From the NCBI RefSeq assembly GCF_001194135.2, contig NC_068983.1, forward strand, positions 147,796,415-147,860,414: 64,000 nt of DNA, in the 5' to 3' direction. Below are positions 50,064-63,814 of the stretch, piece by piece. The notes under the pieces are model-generated. The model was given only the letters and a program-made list of their open reading frames with translations, did not search any database and was not told the origin of the DNA. This DNA is from Octopus bimaculoides. Taxonomy: Eukaryota. A program made the translations under genes and the position numbers. Each line of letters opens with the position of its first letter. Positions within the stretch are counted from its first letter, which is position 1.

Positions 50064-50504
50064 CAATAAAAAATGGAATGAAGCCTTCTGGTTTTATGAC
50101 TTTGTTACTGTTCTCCAAAAATCTGGTGGGTCTAAAATTGTTAGGGTCGCCCCAGAAAGCTACATCGTTCATGATGGAACCGAGGTTCGGTATTATGATA
50201 CAGTCTTCGGGAATATTATAACCGCGAAACGTAATAGGGTGTTCTGGCTTTCGGCCGAGCAATAACTGAACCACGTTGGCGTGGCGTTGCACTTCCATGA
50301 TACACGCTTCAAGAAATGGTAAGTGTGGACGGTCGTCTAAAGATGGCAATCGATTCTGGCCGATGTGTAAGTCAATTTCTTTCTGTATGGTGTCTTGGAA
50401 ATGAGGATAGTTCAACAGGTAGACTAAACACCATAATAAAGAGCTTGTCGTTGTTTCCATCCCAGCTACAAGCATGTCACCGATGACGGTACGCAACTGT
50501 TCCA
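50064..50504 (-). CDS. Cytochrome P450 internal exon, 441 nt (I-helix, K-helix, meander)
   Basis: Acceptor ttcAG at 50506-50505. The phase-1 join G+TG gives Val, reading DTSFT-V-EQLRTVIGDMLVAGMETT. Contains AGxETT, EVQR (ExxR), FRPTRF and FIPFFIG. Donor G|GTGAGT at 50064/50063. Confidence 0.97.
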
Positions 50505-50707
50505 CTGAAGGATATAGATAAACAAATACATAAATAATAAATGAATATTTAGATAAACAAATGAATAACGAATGTACCAACATAAAAATTTCATCTCTTC
50601 TTGTATCAACTAATGAGGTCGCAAATGTGTGACGAGTAAATTTCCGGACAATGGGCAGGCATTAAGATAATACAATAATAGTAATAAAAGAATGAAGAAA
50701 ACACACA

Positions 50708-50767
<60 letters not shown>

Positions 50768-50827
50768 ATCATCCAACATTCTGACTACCTTATTATTCTA
50801 AATATACAATATCTGTACATCACTTCA

Positions 50828-50862
<35 letters not shown>

Positions 50863-51299
50863 NNNNNNNNNNNNNNNNNNNNNNNNNNNNNNNNNNNNNN
50901 NNNNNNNNNNNNNNNNNNNNNNNNNNNNNNNNNNNNNNNNNNNNNNNNNNNNNNNNNNNNNNNNNNNNNNNNNNNNNNNNNNNNNNNNNNNNNNNNNTAC
51001 TTATATATAGCCTGCTAGCCTTGGCTATGTCAAGATGGTTTTTTTATGTATTCTTTCTCACTTAGATTTTAAATGTTGTCACAAAAGTAATATGTCCATT
51101 CTGCTGAAATGAAATTTTCAGTAAATTTTTCTATATCCCTGTGCAGCTGAAGATTGCTCTGCATTTTGCATTTGATGTAATGCTCGCATTACATTAAATG
51201 GAGTAGCACGAAACGTGTGTACTGCAATAACCTTTAAAATCCGTGTTGCTTTTTGGGATTTTATATATATATATATATATATTATATATGTATACACTC

Positions 51300-51705
51300 G
51301 CATGGACGCATGCACATATACCTCCACACGCATAACCTCACGCACATAGACACACACGCACATAGACACACACACGCATACATATACACACACACACGCA
51401 CATACACGCTCACATATACCACAAACACACCACACATGCATACACGCACACACACAACACACATACATGCACTCGCATAACACACACACATGCGCACGCG
51501 CACACACGCACGTACACACTCATACACACGCACATACACACATGCACACACACACACACACACACACAGGCGCACATACACACACGCATATAAACACACA
51601 TACACGCACGTACACACATTACACACAAAACACACACAAAGTACACATACACGCACACACATACATGCACACACACACATACATGCACACACACATACAC
51701 ACACT
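51300..51705. repeat. Degenerate (CA)n/(CACG)n low-complexity tract
   Basis: Direct reading. Confidence 0.9.
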
Positions 51706-52192
51706 TGAAACTGCCAGTCAAACACCTTTCTACTGACCATTCCTCTACGCACATGCGAAGAAACACAAAACTATACAAAAGACCACCACTTCTGTTACCA
51801 TGCTGCTGAATTCTTCCTACAGCATCAACAGACACAAAGTTCACTCACACATACACATAGAAAGAATCAACACCACGCACGCTCATACCTACACATACAC
51901 ACAGATACCTCTTTTTCTTATACTCTCCTGTCTTAGAAAGAACTTTTTCTTCTCCCATTCCTTCCTGGTCATTTCAAAATGTAACAACGTAGATCATTGG
52001 CGATTTTTTTTTTACCTCCGTGTTCCTTTCCGCTTGAACATTCCTCTGTTACATGTTTCTGAAGAAGAGCTTTGCTCGAAAAGTAAAACTACCTTCCTTT
52101 CCTTCCCTGAGCGTCTGTTAATACTTTACATATACTACGTACTCACGTTGTTGTTTTTTTCTTGTGTTTTTTCTTCGTTTTGGGGTGATAAG

Positions 52193-52223
<31 letters not shown>

Positions 52224-52231
52224 CCTCTCTT

Positions 52232-52304
<73 letters not shown>

Positions 52305-52308
<4 letters not shown>

Positions 52309-52510
52309 ACCGTTGACTGAACACTATTCAATTTTTTTTCTCCGTGTTTTTCNNNNNNNNNNCCTTGTCTCCGTATTCTTTCTGTTGAAGAGCGTAGCTC
52401 GAAACGTTAAAGACTTTCCGTATTCCCGAGCGTCATACTAATACATCCTTTTGTTGTTTACACCACCTGTCCTCGTCTGTTGTTGTTTTTTTCGTACATT
52501 CTCCCATATA
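52305..52510 (+). mobile_element. Inverted second copy of the 28660-28862 hammerhead-like repeat, embedded in (TA)n
   Basis: CTGTTGA-A-GAGC-GTA-GCTC-GAAA-CGTTA at 52382-52409, with (TA)n on both sides. Confidence 0.78.
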
Positions 52511-52754
52511 TATATATATATATCATTAGTTGAAGCTAAATGCAAATATCAAACACATTGGCCCAGTTAATCTAGAAGGAGCTGCATTCGATATGGACCT
52601 GGTCTCTTTCTCATATGCTTATTGAAATTAATAAGTTTGGTAGAAGGCCACAAATGTATAGCAGGAAGCATGCAAATGAACGTATCACTATATGTACGTT
52701 ACAGTTGCTAATTAACATAACACCGAAGGCGGTGACCTGGCCGGGCAAAATGAG

Positions 52755-52895
52755 CTTTGAATTCCAAGTCTGCCGTGGTTGACTTTGCCTTTCATCCTTT
52801 CGGGTTGAGTTGTTGAGATGAAATAAGTACCAAACGCAATCGACTGGCTCTTTCCCCAAAAATTCTCAGGTTCTATGCCTATAATAGAAAGTACT
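52755..52895 (+). mobile_element. Family C SINE, partial
   Basis: GTTGACTTTGCCTTTCATCCTTTCGGG...AAATAAGTACC. Confidence 0.75.
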
Positions 52896-53059
52896 AATTA
52901 ACTCAACACTGAAGAAATAACTAGTAAAATGCAATAAAATTTACATTCGATCACAGAATGTAAATGGACTTAACTCAACCCTGTAAGGTTTTTGCGTTAG
53001 CATTTCACATTTGAACACAAAAGCATTATCTTTCATTAGACTATAATAATAGATTCACA

Positions 53060-53200
53060 TTTCGGCACAAGACCAGCAATTTAGTGGGAGTATAATTTAA
53101 GTACCAGTGCTCAACTGGTACTTATTTTATCGACTCCGAAAGGATGAAAGGTAAAGTCGGCCTCAATGGAATTTAAAAACCGAACGTAAAGACGGACGAA
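53060..53200 (-). mobile_element. Family C SINE, partial, inverted relative to 52755-52895
   Basis: CTGGTACTTATTTTATCGACTCCGAAAGGATGAAAGGTAAAGTC. Confidence 0.78.
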
Positions 53201-54869
53201 ATATGGCCTCAATTCAGCTAGACAGAAATATGAGTTGGTTGCGACCCATTTCCTAACAAATCTTAAGTTTGCAAATGAATCGACTACTACTGAAATTCTA
53301 TTTGATGGGAACTTCTTAATGCACGACGTTTGTGGCTTAGGGTAGAATAAAAACTATATCGTGGGTGTTCAGCTAGGTTAAGACCAATCTTTAGAAAAGT
53401 GCAATTAATCGTCGTGATCATACCCATGGATTAAAACATATCATCTGTGCTTATTTTATTGACTGTAAGTTGATTATATGCAAAGTGAAAAACAGATTTG
53501 AACTCAGAATCTTAGGAATGACCGTTCATAAAACATTATAGGCGATTCATTGCCTCCCCTCATCCTTATTATCTCAGCTGCTATCCAAGCCATGAGTAAA
53601 TAAACAGAAGCAACTTCTTTTTTCGATTCTTTTTAAGACTACGGTAAACTATGATGCTAAACTATAATACTAAACATCATACAAGCCAAACCATCAAAGC
53701 AAACGAAAACCGCCTTATATAAACTTGAGGCATTACAAAGAAGTATTTATAAATACAAAAAATCTGACAGTTCTGATCGCATGAGACAGTACAGCTCTGC
53801 AGCCGTGAAAGAATATTAGTGAAAAGCATCCATTCAAATTCAAAACGAGAATCTCGTGATAATATTATTTACACGACTCAACATATTATTCCAATCACGT
53901 TTAGTGCGATGAATAAATTTTCAGTCAAACAATCTCGTTATCGCCTTGTTTAGCGCCATCTATAATCGATGATAAAATAATATTTAGGTTACGCAGCATC
54001 GTGCTGACTTTTCCTTACATCATGATTATATCTTTGTTTTTCAGTTGTTTCTTTATATCTATATATCTCTTTCTTTCTATATCTTTCTATTCTTCTTTCT
54101 ATATCATTATATTTTTCTTTCTTTTTTTCGTGCATGACTTAATTTGTATGATCAGAAATCTTTCTACAAGTTAGAATTGATAAATTTGGTTGTCTTTTTG
54201 TGGAAAGTGGACACCAGCATGTCTACGACTGTAATTGACTCTCCAAATATAGATGCTGAAGAAGATATTGGTTTATTGATCTACTGTTCCATCGATTGAT
54301 TCTGAAATATAACTTCGACGTGAGGAATCTTCGTGTTACATCATTTTATGCGTGTATTTGGTAATATGTACCAGTGGTATCAGTGGTTCCAGCATCCACA
54401 GTAGAAGACTTTATTCTTTTGACTAAGCGCAAAACATTTTTCTTTCAAAGATTCTGCATAATTAATTGAATAAATTCTAGCATACTACTAATACGTCATT
54501 TCATCAGCACTGAAAACATTCAAAGAACTGATGATTTTGAGAAAGGATTGGGCGGGATTTATCAGGTGTTTTACTATTTCTGCCAACAAACCACTTTTTG
54601 CAATGCAAAATTATTGAAACCAAGCGACCCATTACTAAATACTACATATACACACTGTCTAGTATTACTCTGCTGTACTGCACTAAATTATTTAACTACA
54701 TTACACAGTATAAAGGACTAACTGTATTAATGTAATGTAGGAGTTTTGGTCCCAAAGGTCGATACCTTGTATGCCCGTCCGATCGCAGGACTGTAAATGT
54801 AACGAAGACATTTATCTGTGGATGAATATCATGCATAAGTAAACAGAAGGTAGCAATGTATCAAAATTT

Positions 54870-55950
54870 TCAGCTCAGCAACATTCCGAAGGAATACGAG
54901 CCGATAGCAGGAGCAAAAGTGCATCAGACAACTCGGTAATCAAAGTGAACGGCCACCTCTCCGAACTTTCGTATATCATGCGCTTAGTTCATCATGGGTG
55001 TCCGTTCTCATCCCTTCTATATACTGGCTCTCGAGTCATTATTGAAGAAGCTAGAACTTTGGAGGCACATCCCTTTCGAGCTGAGATGTGGGAGAGCTAT
55101 CTCGGTATAAGCGGATGACATCACCGTAATGTTGTCGGATACCACGGAAATGCAAGCAGTTGATTTCTTTCTAAAGAATACAAGGCGATGGTAGGAGCAA
55201 AGATAAATTGAGTCATATTAATGGCTTGTCGCTTGACACTTAGGACACTGGACAGAGAGACCGGTTAAATTTTGGTGGGTCTGATTTGATCCAGCCTTCC
55301 AGACAGACAGTAACTAGGACGAGGCAACGAGAAATATAGCTAGTTATCCCTGACAGGTCGAACAAAGGTCGTAAATGCCTACATATCTTCGAAATAACTT
55401 AACACCTGATCATTGTGCCTCACCTCAGTCCCTGCTTGGTTAGACTGGAGCGTATTTTTCTGCTTCCTTTGGAAGGGATGCGTTTCACTAGTCTGGTGGT
55501 CCATCTATTGCTAACACCATATAAAAGGCGGGCTCGGCATGCCGTGGCTGCTGATGTACAGACACGCTGAGGCTGCGTCAGCCGTAGATCTTCCTGGCGA
55601 TAAGCAAGTGTGGTTTCAAGTTGTATGATAAGTTTTTCTGTCGCTCATCTCTTTGATGGAGCTGCAGTCCTGAATGAAGAGAAGACTTATATTATGAGTC
55701 TGGCACCTGAGATATGGTCAGGTGCTCACCACATTCTACTAGTCAAGTAATGCTTTCAGTGGAAATTCTACGTTGTGAATTTGTCAAAAGGTGACAAAAT
55801 TGGTTAGATGAAAGTATGTGCCTGTAGATTGGTGGACAAAAGTCGGGTAAAGGTGTGTGCCCTTAGTGGTCAGGGTGATCCTGGATCTGTGTGGTTCCTT
55901 GATGGGCCCTAGCTTGAGGTTCCCATGTATCAGAAGTACTGCATCATTCA
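54870..55950 (+). mobile_element. Third, strongly decayed Tx1/L1-like RT fragment
   Basis: VHHGCPFSSLL...YADD-like SVYADDITV, and a KGGLGMPWLLM region colinear with 12540-13250. Confidence 0.75.
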
Positions 55951-56159
55951 TGTACTCACTACACTATGTACTTTCTACACTATGTATACTTTTTAAACTC
56001 ATTTCCCCTCCTCTTCCTTTCTTTCTCTCATTTTATGAAACTGCCCTTTACATAAAAATTGTCATCGTAATGTCTCTCTCATTTGATGCCCCAGTAACGA
56101 ATACATTAACTTTTAATCGTTATTATCATTAATATCTTCATCGTTATTATCAGTAATAA

Positions 56160-56380
56160 AAGCAGCGAACTGGCAGAATGGCTACTGTGCTGGACAAAAT
56201 GCTTAGCGGAACTTCTTTCGTCTTTACGTTCCGGGTTTAAATGCCGCCGAGACCAGTTATACATTTCATCCTTTCAGGGTTAACAAAATAGATACCACTT
56301 GAGCACTGGGGTCTATGTAATCAACATCCACCTTCCCACCAGTTTCAGGTGGTGTGACTATAGTAGAAAGGATTATTATT
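56160..56380 (+). mobile_element. Family C SINE
   Basis: GCAGCGAACTGGCAGAATGG...CATTTCATCCTTTCAGGG...TAGTAGAAAGGATTATT. Confidence 0.78.
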
Positions 56381-56839
56381 ATATCATTGGTTCGTTCACT
56401 CCTCTTCTGTTTCTGACAATTGACAACCCTAATAACAATGATTTACATATTTAATGATTATTTTGCTTGTTTTATCAATAAAAATAATTATGACACATAT
56501 TTATGTTATTTATGTTATTATGACATATATTTATGTTAAGATAGATGTAGTTTAGCACTTAATTTATATTATTTAGTCCATACTCCGCTTAGTCTTGTCC
56601 TCGATTCAGTCTGAACTAAGATGCCGATTGCACGAATTTGCTCTTCATCGTTTTTGCATCAATAAAATTGGAGAAAAATAAACATCTGCAATTTACTGCG
56701 CTCTATTCTTTCATTTACACATCTCTTTCATCCATGTAAGAGCCTTGAAACTGTTCACAAGAAACCAATAACAATAAATTATTCGTTTCTTATACAGGCG
56801 CAGGATTAAACATTTTATGGAAAGCTGTAGCTGATTATA

Positions 56840-57040
56840 TTATACAGATTTCCAAGTTGACTGGTACCTATTTAATCGATATCGGAGGATGAAAGACAAA
56901 GTCGACGTTGCCAGGATAAGAACATAAAACATAAAGAGTGGAACTAAATACTGCAAGACAATTTTGACCAGCAGTCTAACGGTTCTCCCAAACCACTGCC
57001 TTGAAATGATAACTTCCAGCATTAACGCACGGACAAACAT
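56840..57040 (-). mobile_element. Family C SINE, diverged
   Basis: CTGGTACCTATTTAATCGAT...GGATGAAAGACAAAGTCGAC. Confidence 0.65.
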
Positions 57041-57664
57041 TTCGAGGAAGGATGCAGTCAAGTCTCAATATAATTCTGGCATTGTTTCCATCCACCTTCC
57101 TGAACAATGAAACATATAGTTTACTTAAGCAAAATTTCAACCCACAACATAAAGGGATCTGACTAAATAGTGCTATACATTATATCATTTGCTCTAGTAG
57201 TTCTACTATTTCTCTGACCATAAGAAAAAGAAAGAAAAAAACAGAAATACTAATAAAACTTCTGCTGCTTCTTGCTGTCATTGATCATTTCCGTCTACTT
57301 CTCAGCAGCACGATGGGGGAATTCTGAGGACTTCACAGTGTTTTTCCATGCATACCTATCCAACACCATCGTGCAGTGAAATACCACATGCTTCATATCG
57401 ATTATCGATGATTAAAACTAGTCACTCGAGTCATTAGGTGGTGCCTCAATCAGTGTCGATGCGCTATAAATCCATCGGGAAAAAGGACCAGAAACGGCAC
57501 ACATTCTCTCCTGATGACCTCTGAAATCTATTGGCACCCGCTATGCGGATCTTTCGATTCGCAGCACCTTCACAGTTATGTCTATCTTTCTGTCACTGTA
57601 TTTGTGGGTGCGAGTGTGTGCGTATTTGTATATACATACATACATACATACATACATACATACA

Positions 57665-57698
<34 letters not shown>

Positions 57699-58359
57699 AC
57701 ATTTATTAATAAGGGTAGAAATTGATATTAATCAATTAAAACCAGTGGTCTAGCATATTAAAAAAATCCGAAGATTAAAATTATATTACACACAAAAATA
57801 AGAGAAATGACCAGCAAAAGTGGATTCCTATATGCTAGTAATAGATGTCGAATCATCTAACCACTAAAAATATGTTCTCAGTAAAAATTTAGTGACATAA
57901 CAGACTGTAAAAGGGCAAGACAAATGAAAAAATACTAAAAAAAAAAACGATTAACCTACGTATCATGGTTTCACCTGTTAAAATTTACATAAGTAAATAT
58001 CTGCAGGATCATCAGCGTAGTCTGTCGATTTATAAAATATAATTTCAAGAACTAGACACAAGACGTCCACCCGAACACATTTTTCGTGGTTAGATGATTT
58101 GGCATCTATTTCTAGCATATAGGAATCCACTTTTGCTGGTCATTCCTCTATTTTTGTATGTAATACGTACATACATATATATATATGTATATATGTATAT
58201 GTGTGTGTGTATATGTATATATGTGTGTGCTTGTGTATGTGTGTTTGTGAGTGTCTGTGTATACGCATACACACATGCATACAATATACTCTGTCACGCG
58301 CTCTACAGAATCTCCTATTCATCCATCCATGAAAAAATACAAATAACTACAAAACTCAC

Positions 58360-58655
58360 CAGTAAAAGAAGTGTCCGGGTTGTTTTCGCTTTGTAACCCC
58401 ATTTCTTTGATGTATGCGTCTGTGAAGTCTTTTATATTTGACTCATCGAAATCCTCTAGATGACGCTGGACAACACCCTCAATGAATTTTTCCATTTTCT
58501 TAATGTTCTTGAAAACTTTTTTAATCTTGAAAGGATCTCCAGGAAGGTGTTCGAGAATCGGGAAAAAGTTAACAACTGTACTCACTCCAACATCTTGCAT
58601 GTTCTCATCAATTCCTTGCACATACTGACGGAATTCGGGATCGTTATAGTCGAAT
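58360..58655 (-). CDS. Cytochrome P450 (clan 2, CYP2-like) internal exon, 296 nt (F-G-H helix region)
   Basis: Acceptor aacAG at 58657-58656. Frame (R)FDYNDPEFRQYVQGIDENMQ...IKDFTDAYIKEM...NPDTSFT. Donor G|GTGAGT at 58360/58359. The RFDYxDPEF and DFxDAY motifs are typical of CYP2-clan enzymes. Confidence 0.93.
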
Positions 58656-58951
58656 CTGTTACATGAATATAATTATAAACGAAAATATATACATAGGTAT
58701 TCATCTCTATTACGGACTATAATAGAAAGCATGAGAGGCATACGTTTTAAAGGCAGATTAAATTGTGCGCTTTAGTGATAGCCAATATCTTTGAAAACTG
58801 AAGCAAGCCACCATTAGTCATTCTGTCATATCAAAATGTAAAGTGAAAGAGAGAAAGAAATAAAGATATAAAGAGAGATCTGAGTACCAACATATGTGCA
58901 TTAACTCTTTATGATATATATATATATAATGCTTAACCATTTTCTCACACC

Positions 58952-58999
58952 GTCTCCGATGAAGGGATATAATAAATATTCTGGAAACAGCTGTAAGAC
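58952..58999 (+). ncRNA. Hammerhead-like motif with mutated core (CCGATGA)
   Basis: GTCT-CCGATGA-AGGGATAT-AATAA-ATATTCTG-GAAAC-AGCT-GTA-AGAC, with a perfect 4-bp stem I, inside a block of about 290 bp flanked by (TA)n. Confidence 0.6.
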
Positions 59000-61235
59000 C
59001 TTCTATTTATAAATGTTCTAAAATCTTCACAGCCTTGGTTTTTTATCTCATTCACACATGCTGATGACTTACGTTGGACTCCTTATTCGCATAATCACCG
59101 AACCTGGAGCTTAACTATAGTCTATCCATAGCACTTACTCAGCATTACCTGATACCTTTGGGTCTCATTGACACCATTACCTCTTAAAACCTCTACCGCT
59201 CTCTCTCAATATATATATATATATATATGTATATAAGAATATTAAATATATGATTTAACTTATAAAAAAAAGTTCAACAAATTCAATCATATTTTTCGTA
59301 AATGGAGGAGATTAGATGTTAATAAGGATTGAAATTATTTTTATTCATGTAGCTATACGATCGTTTCATACATAAAGACAATAAATTCATTTTAAGAATT
59401 TGAGTTGTCAAGAAGTATTCGTCAGTAGCAAAAATTAAGGAATGGAAAATAAAAAGAAAAGTTTAAATGACGTTAGAATTACAGCGGTATGGTGTTTGTA
59501 ATGTGTAATTGTTCTTAGAGTCATGTCTATGTAAAACAAGACTATGTTTGCCTCGAAGTTTAACGTGACGTTCGTGAATTTTTACTTGGTAGTTCACACT
59601 GAAGAGGCTCAAGGATTAAATATCCAAAAGCCGAAATCCGAGTATGTGGATGTCCTAAACTGCATAATATTTTATTTTGTGCTTTTGAATATATTAATTC
59701 TTTCCGTTTTCCTCGCCTACTGTTTTTCTGTTATCTTGGTGCTGTACGGTGGTTTGATTAATGCTTCAATCTTATTTCTAGCAGATGTATGCTTTTAAGC
59801 ATCTTTACGCTTCATGCAAAATTATATATGTATATATATATATTGTGTGCGTGTATGTGTATGTATGTGTACATATATATTTTACAAGAGAGAAAATGAG
59901 ATGTAAGAGCATAAAATATATGCATATACACTCATTCACACATTACTGCCTAATCTTTAAAACCTAGTACGTAATATAATTAACTGTGTATAAAATGAAA
60001 TAACTCCTGTAACTCCATGCTTCCAAAAACACTGAAGAGCTTCGTGAAAAATAAGAGTTGCTCCCCTTGACATACTGCATCATCTCTGTTTACTTTTTTT
60101 CAAAGATGGCGTCCTACTGACAGCAAAAAGTTTTCTCTATATAAGTTGACAATCGTTGATCGTGAAACCGGTACTTATTTAATTTGCAATAATGTAATGA
60201 TGTAATATGATCCTAATATCACCATAAATTTTATTATACAAACTTTCTGTGATTCTTACATTCCTTTTCTTTCATATATATATATATATACAAAATGGGA
60301 CAAGAACGCAAAACATCCAGACAGTTAGGTGATACAAGAAAGGGACAACAAAACATCCAGATAGACGATACAAAAAAAAAGGACGAGTCATTCGGAGTTT
60401 TCNNNNNNNNNNNNNNNNNNNNNNNNNNNNNNNNNNNNNNNNNNNNNNNNNNNNNNNNNNNNNNNNNNNNNNNNNNNNNNNNNNNNNNNNNNNNNNNNNN
60501 NNNNNNNNNNNNNNNNNNNNNNNNNNNNNNNNNNNNNNNNNNNNNNNNNNNNNNNNNNNNNNNNNNNNNNNNNNNNNNNNNNNNNNNNNNNNNNNNNNNN
60601 NNNNNNNNNNNNNNNNNNNNNNNNNNNNNNNNNNNNNNNNNNNNNNNNNNNNNNNNNNNNNNNNNNNNNNNNNNNNNNNNNNNNNNNNNNNNNNNNNNNN
60701 NNNNNNNNNNNNNNNNNNNNNNNNNNNNNNNNNNNNNNNNNNNNNNNNNNNNNNNNNNNNNNNNNNNNNNNNNNNNNNNNNNNNNNNNNNNNNNNNNNNN
60801 NNNNNNNNNNNNNNNNNNNNNNNNNNNNNNNNNNNNNNNNNNNNNNNNNNNNNNNNNNNNNNNNNNNNNNNNNNNNNNNNNNNNNNNNNNNNNNNNNNNN
60901 NNNNNNNNNNNNNNNNNNNNNNNNNNNNNNNNNNNNNNNNNNNNNNNNNNNNNNNNNNNNNNNNNNNNNNNNNNNNNNNNNNNNNNNNNNNNNNNNNNNN
61001 NNNNNNNNNNNNNNNNNNNNNNNNNNNNNNNNNNNNNNNNNNNNNNNNNNNNNNNNNNNNNNNNNNNNNNNNNNNNNNNNNNNNNNNNNNNNNNNNNNNN
61101 NNNNNNNNNNNNNNNNNNNNNNNNNNNNNNNNNNNNNNNNNNNNNNNNNNNNNNNNNNNNNNNNNNNNNNNNNNNNNNNNNNNNNNNNNNNNNNNNNNNN
61201 NNNNNNNNNNNNNNNNNNNNNNNNNNNNNNNNNNN

Positions 61236-61269
<34 letters not shown>

Positions 61270-61271
<2 letters not shown>

Positions 61272-61530
61272 CATTTACATTGAGCTGAGTGTTGTGTTCT
61301 TGAGCAAGACACTTTATTTCACGTTGCTCCAGTTCACTGAGCTGTAGAAATATGTCACTGGCGCCAAGCTGTATTGGCCTTTGCCTTTCCCTTGAATAAT
61401 ATTGGTCGCCCGGTGAGGGGAGGCTGGTATGCATGGATGATTGCTGGTCTTCCATGAACAACCTTGTCCGAACTTGTGCCTCTGAGGATAACTTTCTAGG
61501 TGAAATCCCATGGTCATTTATGAACGAAGG
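61270..61530 (+). mobile_element. Probable SINE body with core-like motif
   Basis: GTTGTGTTCTTGAGCAAGACACTTTATTTCACGTTGCTCCAGTTCAC resembles the CORE-type SINE motif. The head is lost in the gap. Confidence 0.5.
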
Positions 61531-61724
61531 GGGTCTTTACCATTTTGATAGATAGATTATTCTTTTATAAGAATAATGTTGTTGGTGACTTCGAAGTTTT
61601 GGCCTCCTTAGCCTTCATCGATTTGTGCTCCAAGTAAAAGATAAAAGATAAATACGATACTTTACAAAATGTATTGAGTTATCCTTCTGTTAATTTAAGA
61701 CTGTTTTCATGGTACCTCAAAATT

Positions 61725-61920
61725 AGGCGGTGAGCCGGCAGAATTGTTAGCATGCCGGGTAGTAAGCTAGTGGCATTTCACCCGTCTTTACATTCTGAGT
61801 TCAAATTCCGCCGTAATCTAGAAGTTGATAAAGTAAATATCAGTTGAACACCAGTGTCCAAGTATTTGACTATTTTCTACCCACAACATTTCAGGCCTTG
61901 TGCCTATGGGAGAAAGAATT
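61725..61920 (+). mobile_element. Family C SINE
   Basis: AGGCGGTGAGCCGGCAGAATTGTTAGCATGCCGGG...GAGTTCAAATTCCGCC. Confidence 0.8.
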
Positions 61921-63269
61921 ATACTGGTGTGTGTTTGTGTTTGTGGCGTATTTTTATCTGTTTTTGTCTACTAAAATTCACTTATTATCATTGATAGAAG
62001 ATACTTATACAAAGTTTTATGCAAAAGGGCTGAACTTGAAACCGCGTTGCTAGGAAGTAACTTCCTAAAAATACACCCGTGGTGGTGGTGGGGAATGTGT
62101 GTATGTGAGAGAAGAAGAAGAAGAAGAAGAAGAGAGAGAGAGAGAGAGAGCTAAATTGTACGTTCAAAGTTCGTGTGAGAGACAGCCGGTAAAAGTAATT
62201 TATGTAAAAACAACGTGGCTTTGTCATTCATGTCTAAAATAGCATGTTTTGTAAGGGGAAAAAACACGTTTTAAATTAAATTAATTGTAAAATGAAATCA
62301 CCCTAGGAATAAAATTGCGGAAAGATGAAACACATACGAGAAAGGAAGTTGCACTTTTTTTTTCTATATCTTTAATAGTTTTCGTAGTTCTGCGATGAAA
62401 GTGTCAATTAAACCAATCAAAATAACGGTAAATTACAAGAGAAGGAAGTCAAAACTTCACAAATTACGTAAAAGTATTGAAATACGTATAGAGATAAATA
62501 AATTACTGAACGAGGGCAACAGGATACGGACTGTGGCCAGTAAACAAAATGATGTATTACGTAAAAGGTCATACTTCATCCATGTCGTTAGGTCATATCA
62601 AGTGTCAGCTTGATTCTATAAGATGACACATTCTATCCGATGAGATGTCAATACAGAAACATACATTACTGCATTACTTATGTTTACACTAGTCCCTATA
62701 AAAAAAAAAAGACAATCGATATAATTGTTGGTTGATTGGTTGGTTGATTGGATAGTTGGTTGATTTCTCCAGTCACGCTTTAAATCCTATAGAAACAACA
62801 GGGAGGGTTAGGGAGAGTAAAACAGAGATACATAAGCAGTTATTATAAAAGATGCGGGATCAGCGCACCCATTGGGCTTGGTGGCAGGCTGTATGTAAAA
62901 GAATACCTTCCAGACATACGCACGCGAACTGTGAGAGAGAAGGCTCCATGAGAAAGGAAGATGAGGAGAGGGCGTAATTGACAGAATAGTTAGGGAAGAG
63001 AGAAAAAAATGACGAATTTGTTTTATTTGATTTAATTTTAAGGTAATAAATATTTTTTCTTTTGAAAATCAGTATACATTTCATCACTGTATAAACCATA
63101 AGAAACTTAATGAAAGTTAAATTATAATCATAGCATGTATGCTCTATATTTTTATGGCAAAAGTATGCTTCCAATGTTACCGTCATATGATGGCTAACAC
63201 TCTTGTACATAGTGTTAGATATATTGACACAACAATTCTTTCTACACCAGAAACAAGGCCTGAAATGTT

Positions 63270-63450
63270 GTGGGAGACGGCTAGTCGATTACACTGACCT
63301 CAGTGTTCGACTGGTACTTATTTTATTGACCCCGAAAGGACGAAAGGTAAAGTCAACTTCGGAGATATTCGAACTCAGAATGCAAATCTAAAGAAATGCC
63401 GCTGAGCATTTTGTCCAGCGTAATAACGATTCTACCTGTATGTCGCCTTT
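63270..63450 (-). mobile_element. Family C SINE
   Basis: CTGGTACTTATTTTATTGACCCCGAAAGGACGAAAGGTAAAGTCAAC...GAACTCAGAA. Confidence 0.8.
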
Positions 63451-63814
63451 ATACTAACACATAATAATAGGCATAAGCTTTCCGTATATTGGAATTATTA
63501 TTTTTACAAAACGTTCTTAGGTATATATATGTCAACACTAATATCCGAACCACTGGATGATTCGAAAAAAAAAACAAATAAAAACAACATACGTTGGTTG
63601 GAAAATAATACAATTACTGGCCTACAAATTTGTTGTTCCACTCCATCACAATTTCTTTAACGGTTTCCGTTTCTCTAAATGACTGGGCTGCAAACCATTG
63701 CTTCTCCTCGTTAAGTCCAGCATTCTAAACACCCTAATAAACGGAACAAACTTTTCTTATCAGATATGCATCCCTCTAGCCCATATGCCTTTAACATGGT
63801 TTTGATATCAAACT

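Noticed and set aside
62051-62067. Palindrome TAGGAAGT-A-ACTTCCTA (inverted ETS-like sites)
   Set aside because: A single short motif with no positional or conservation support.
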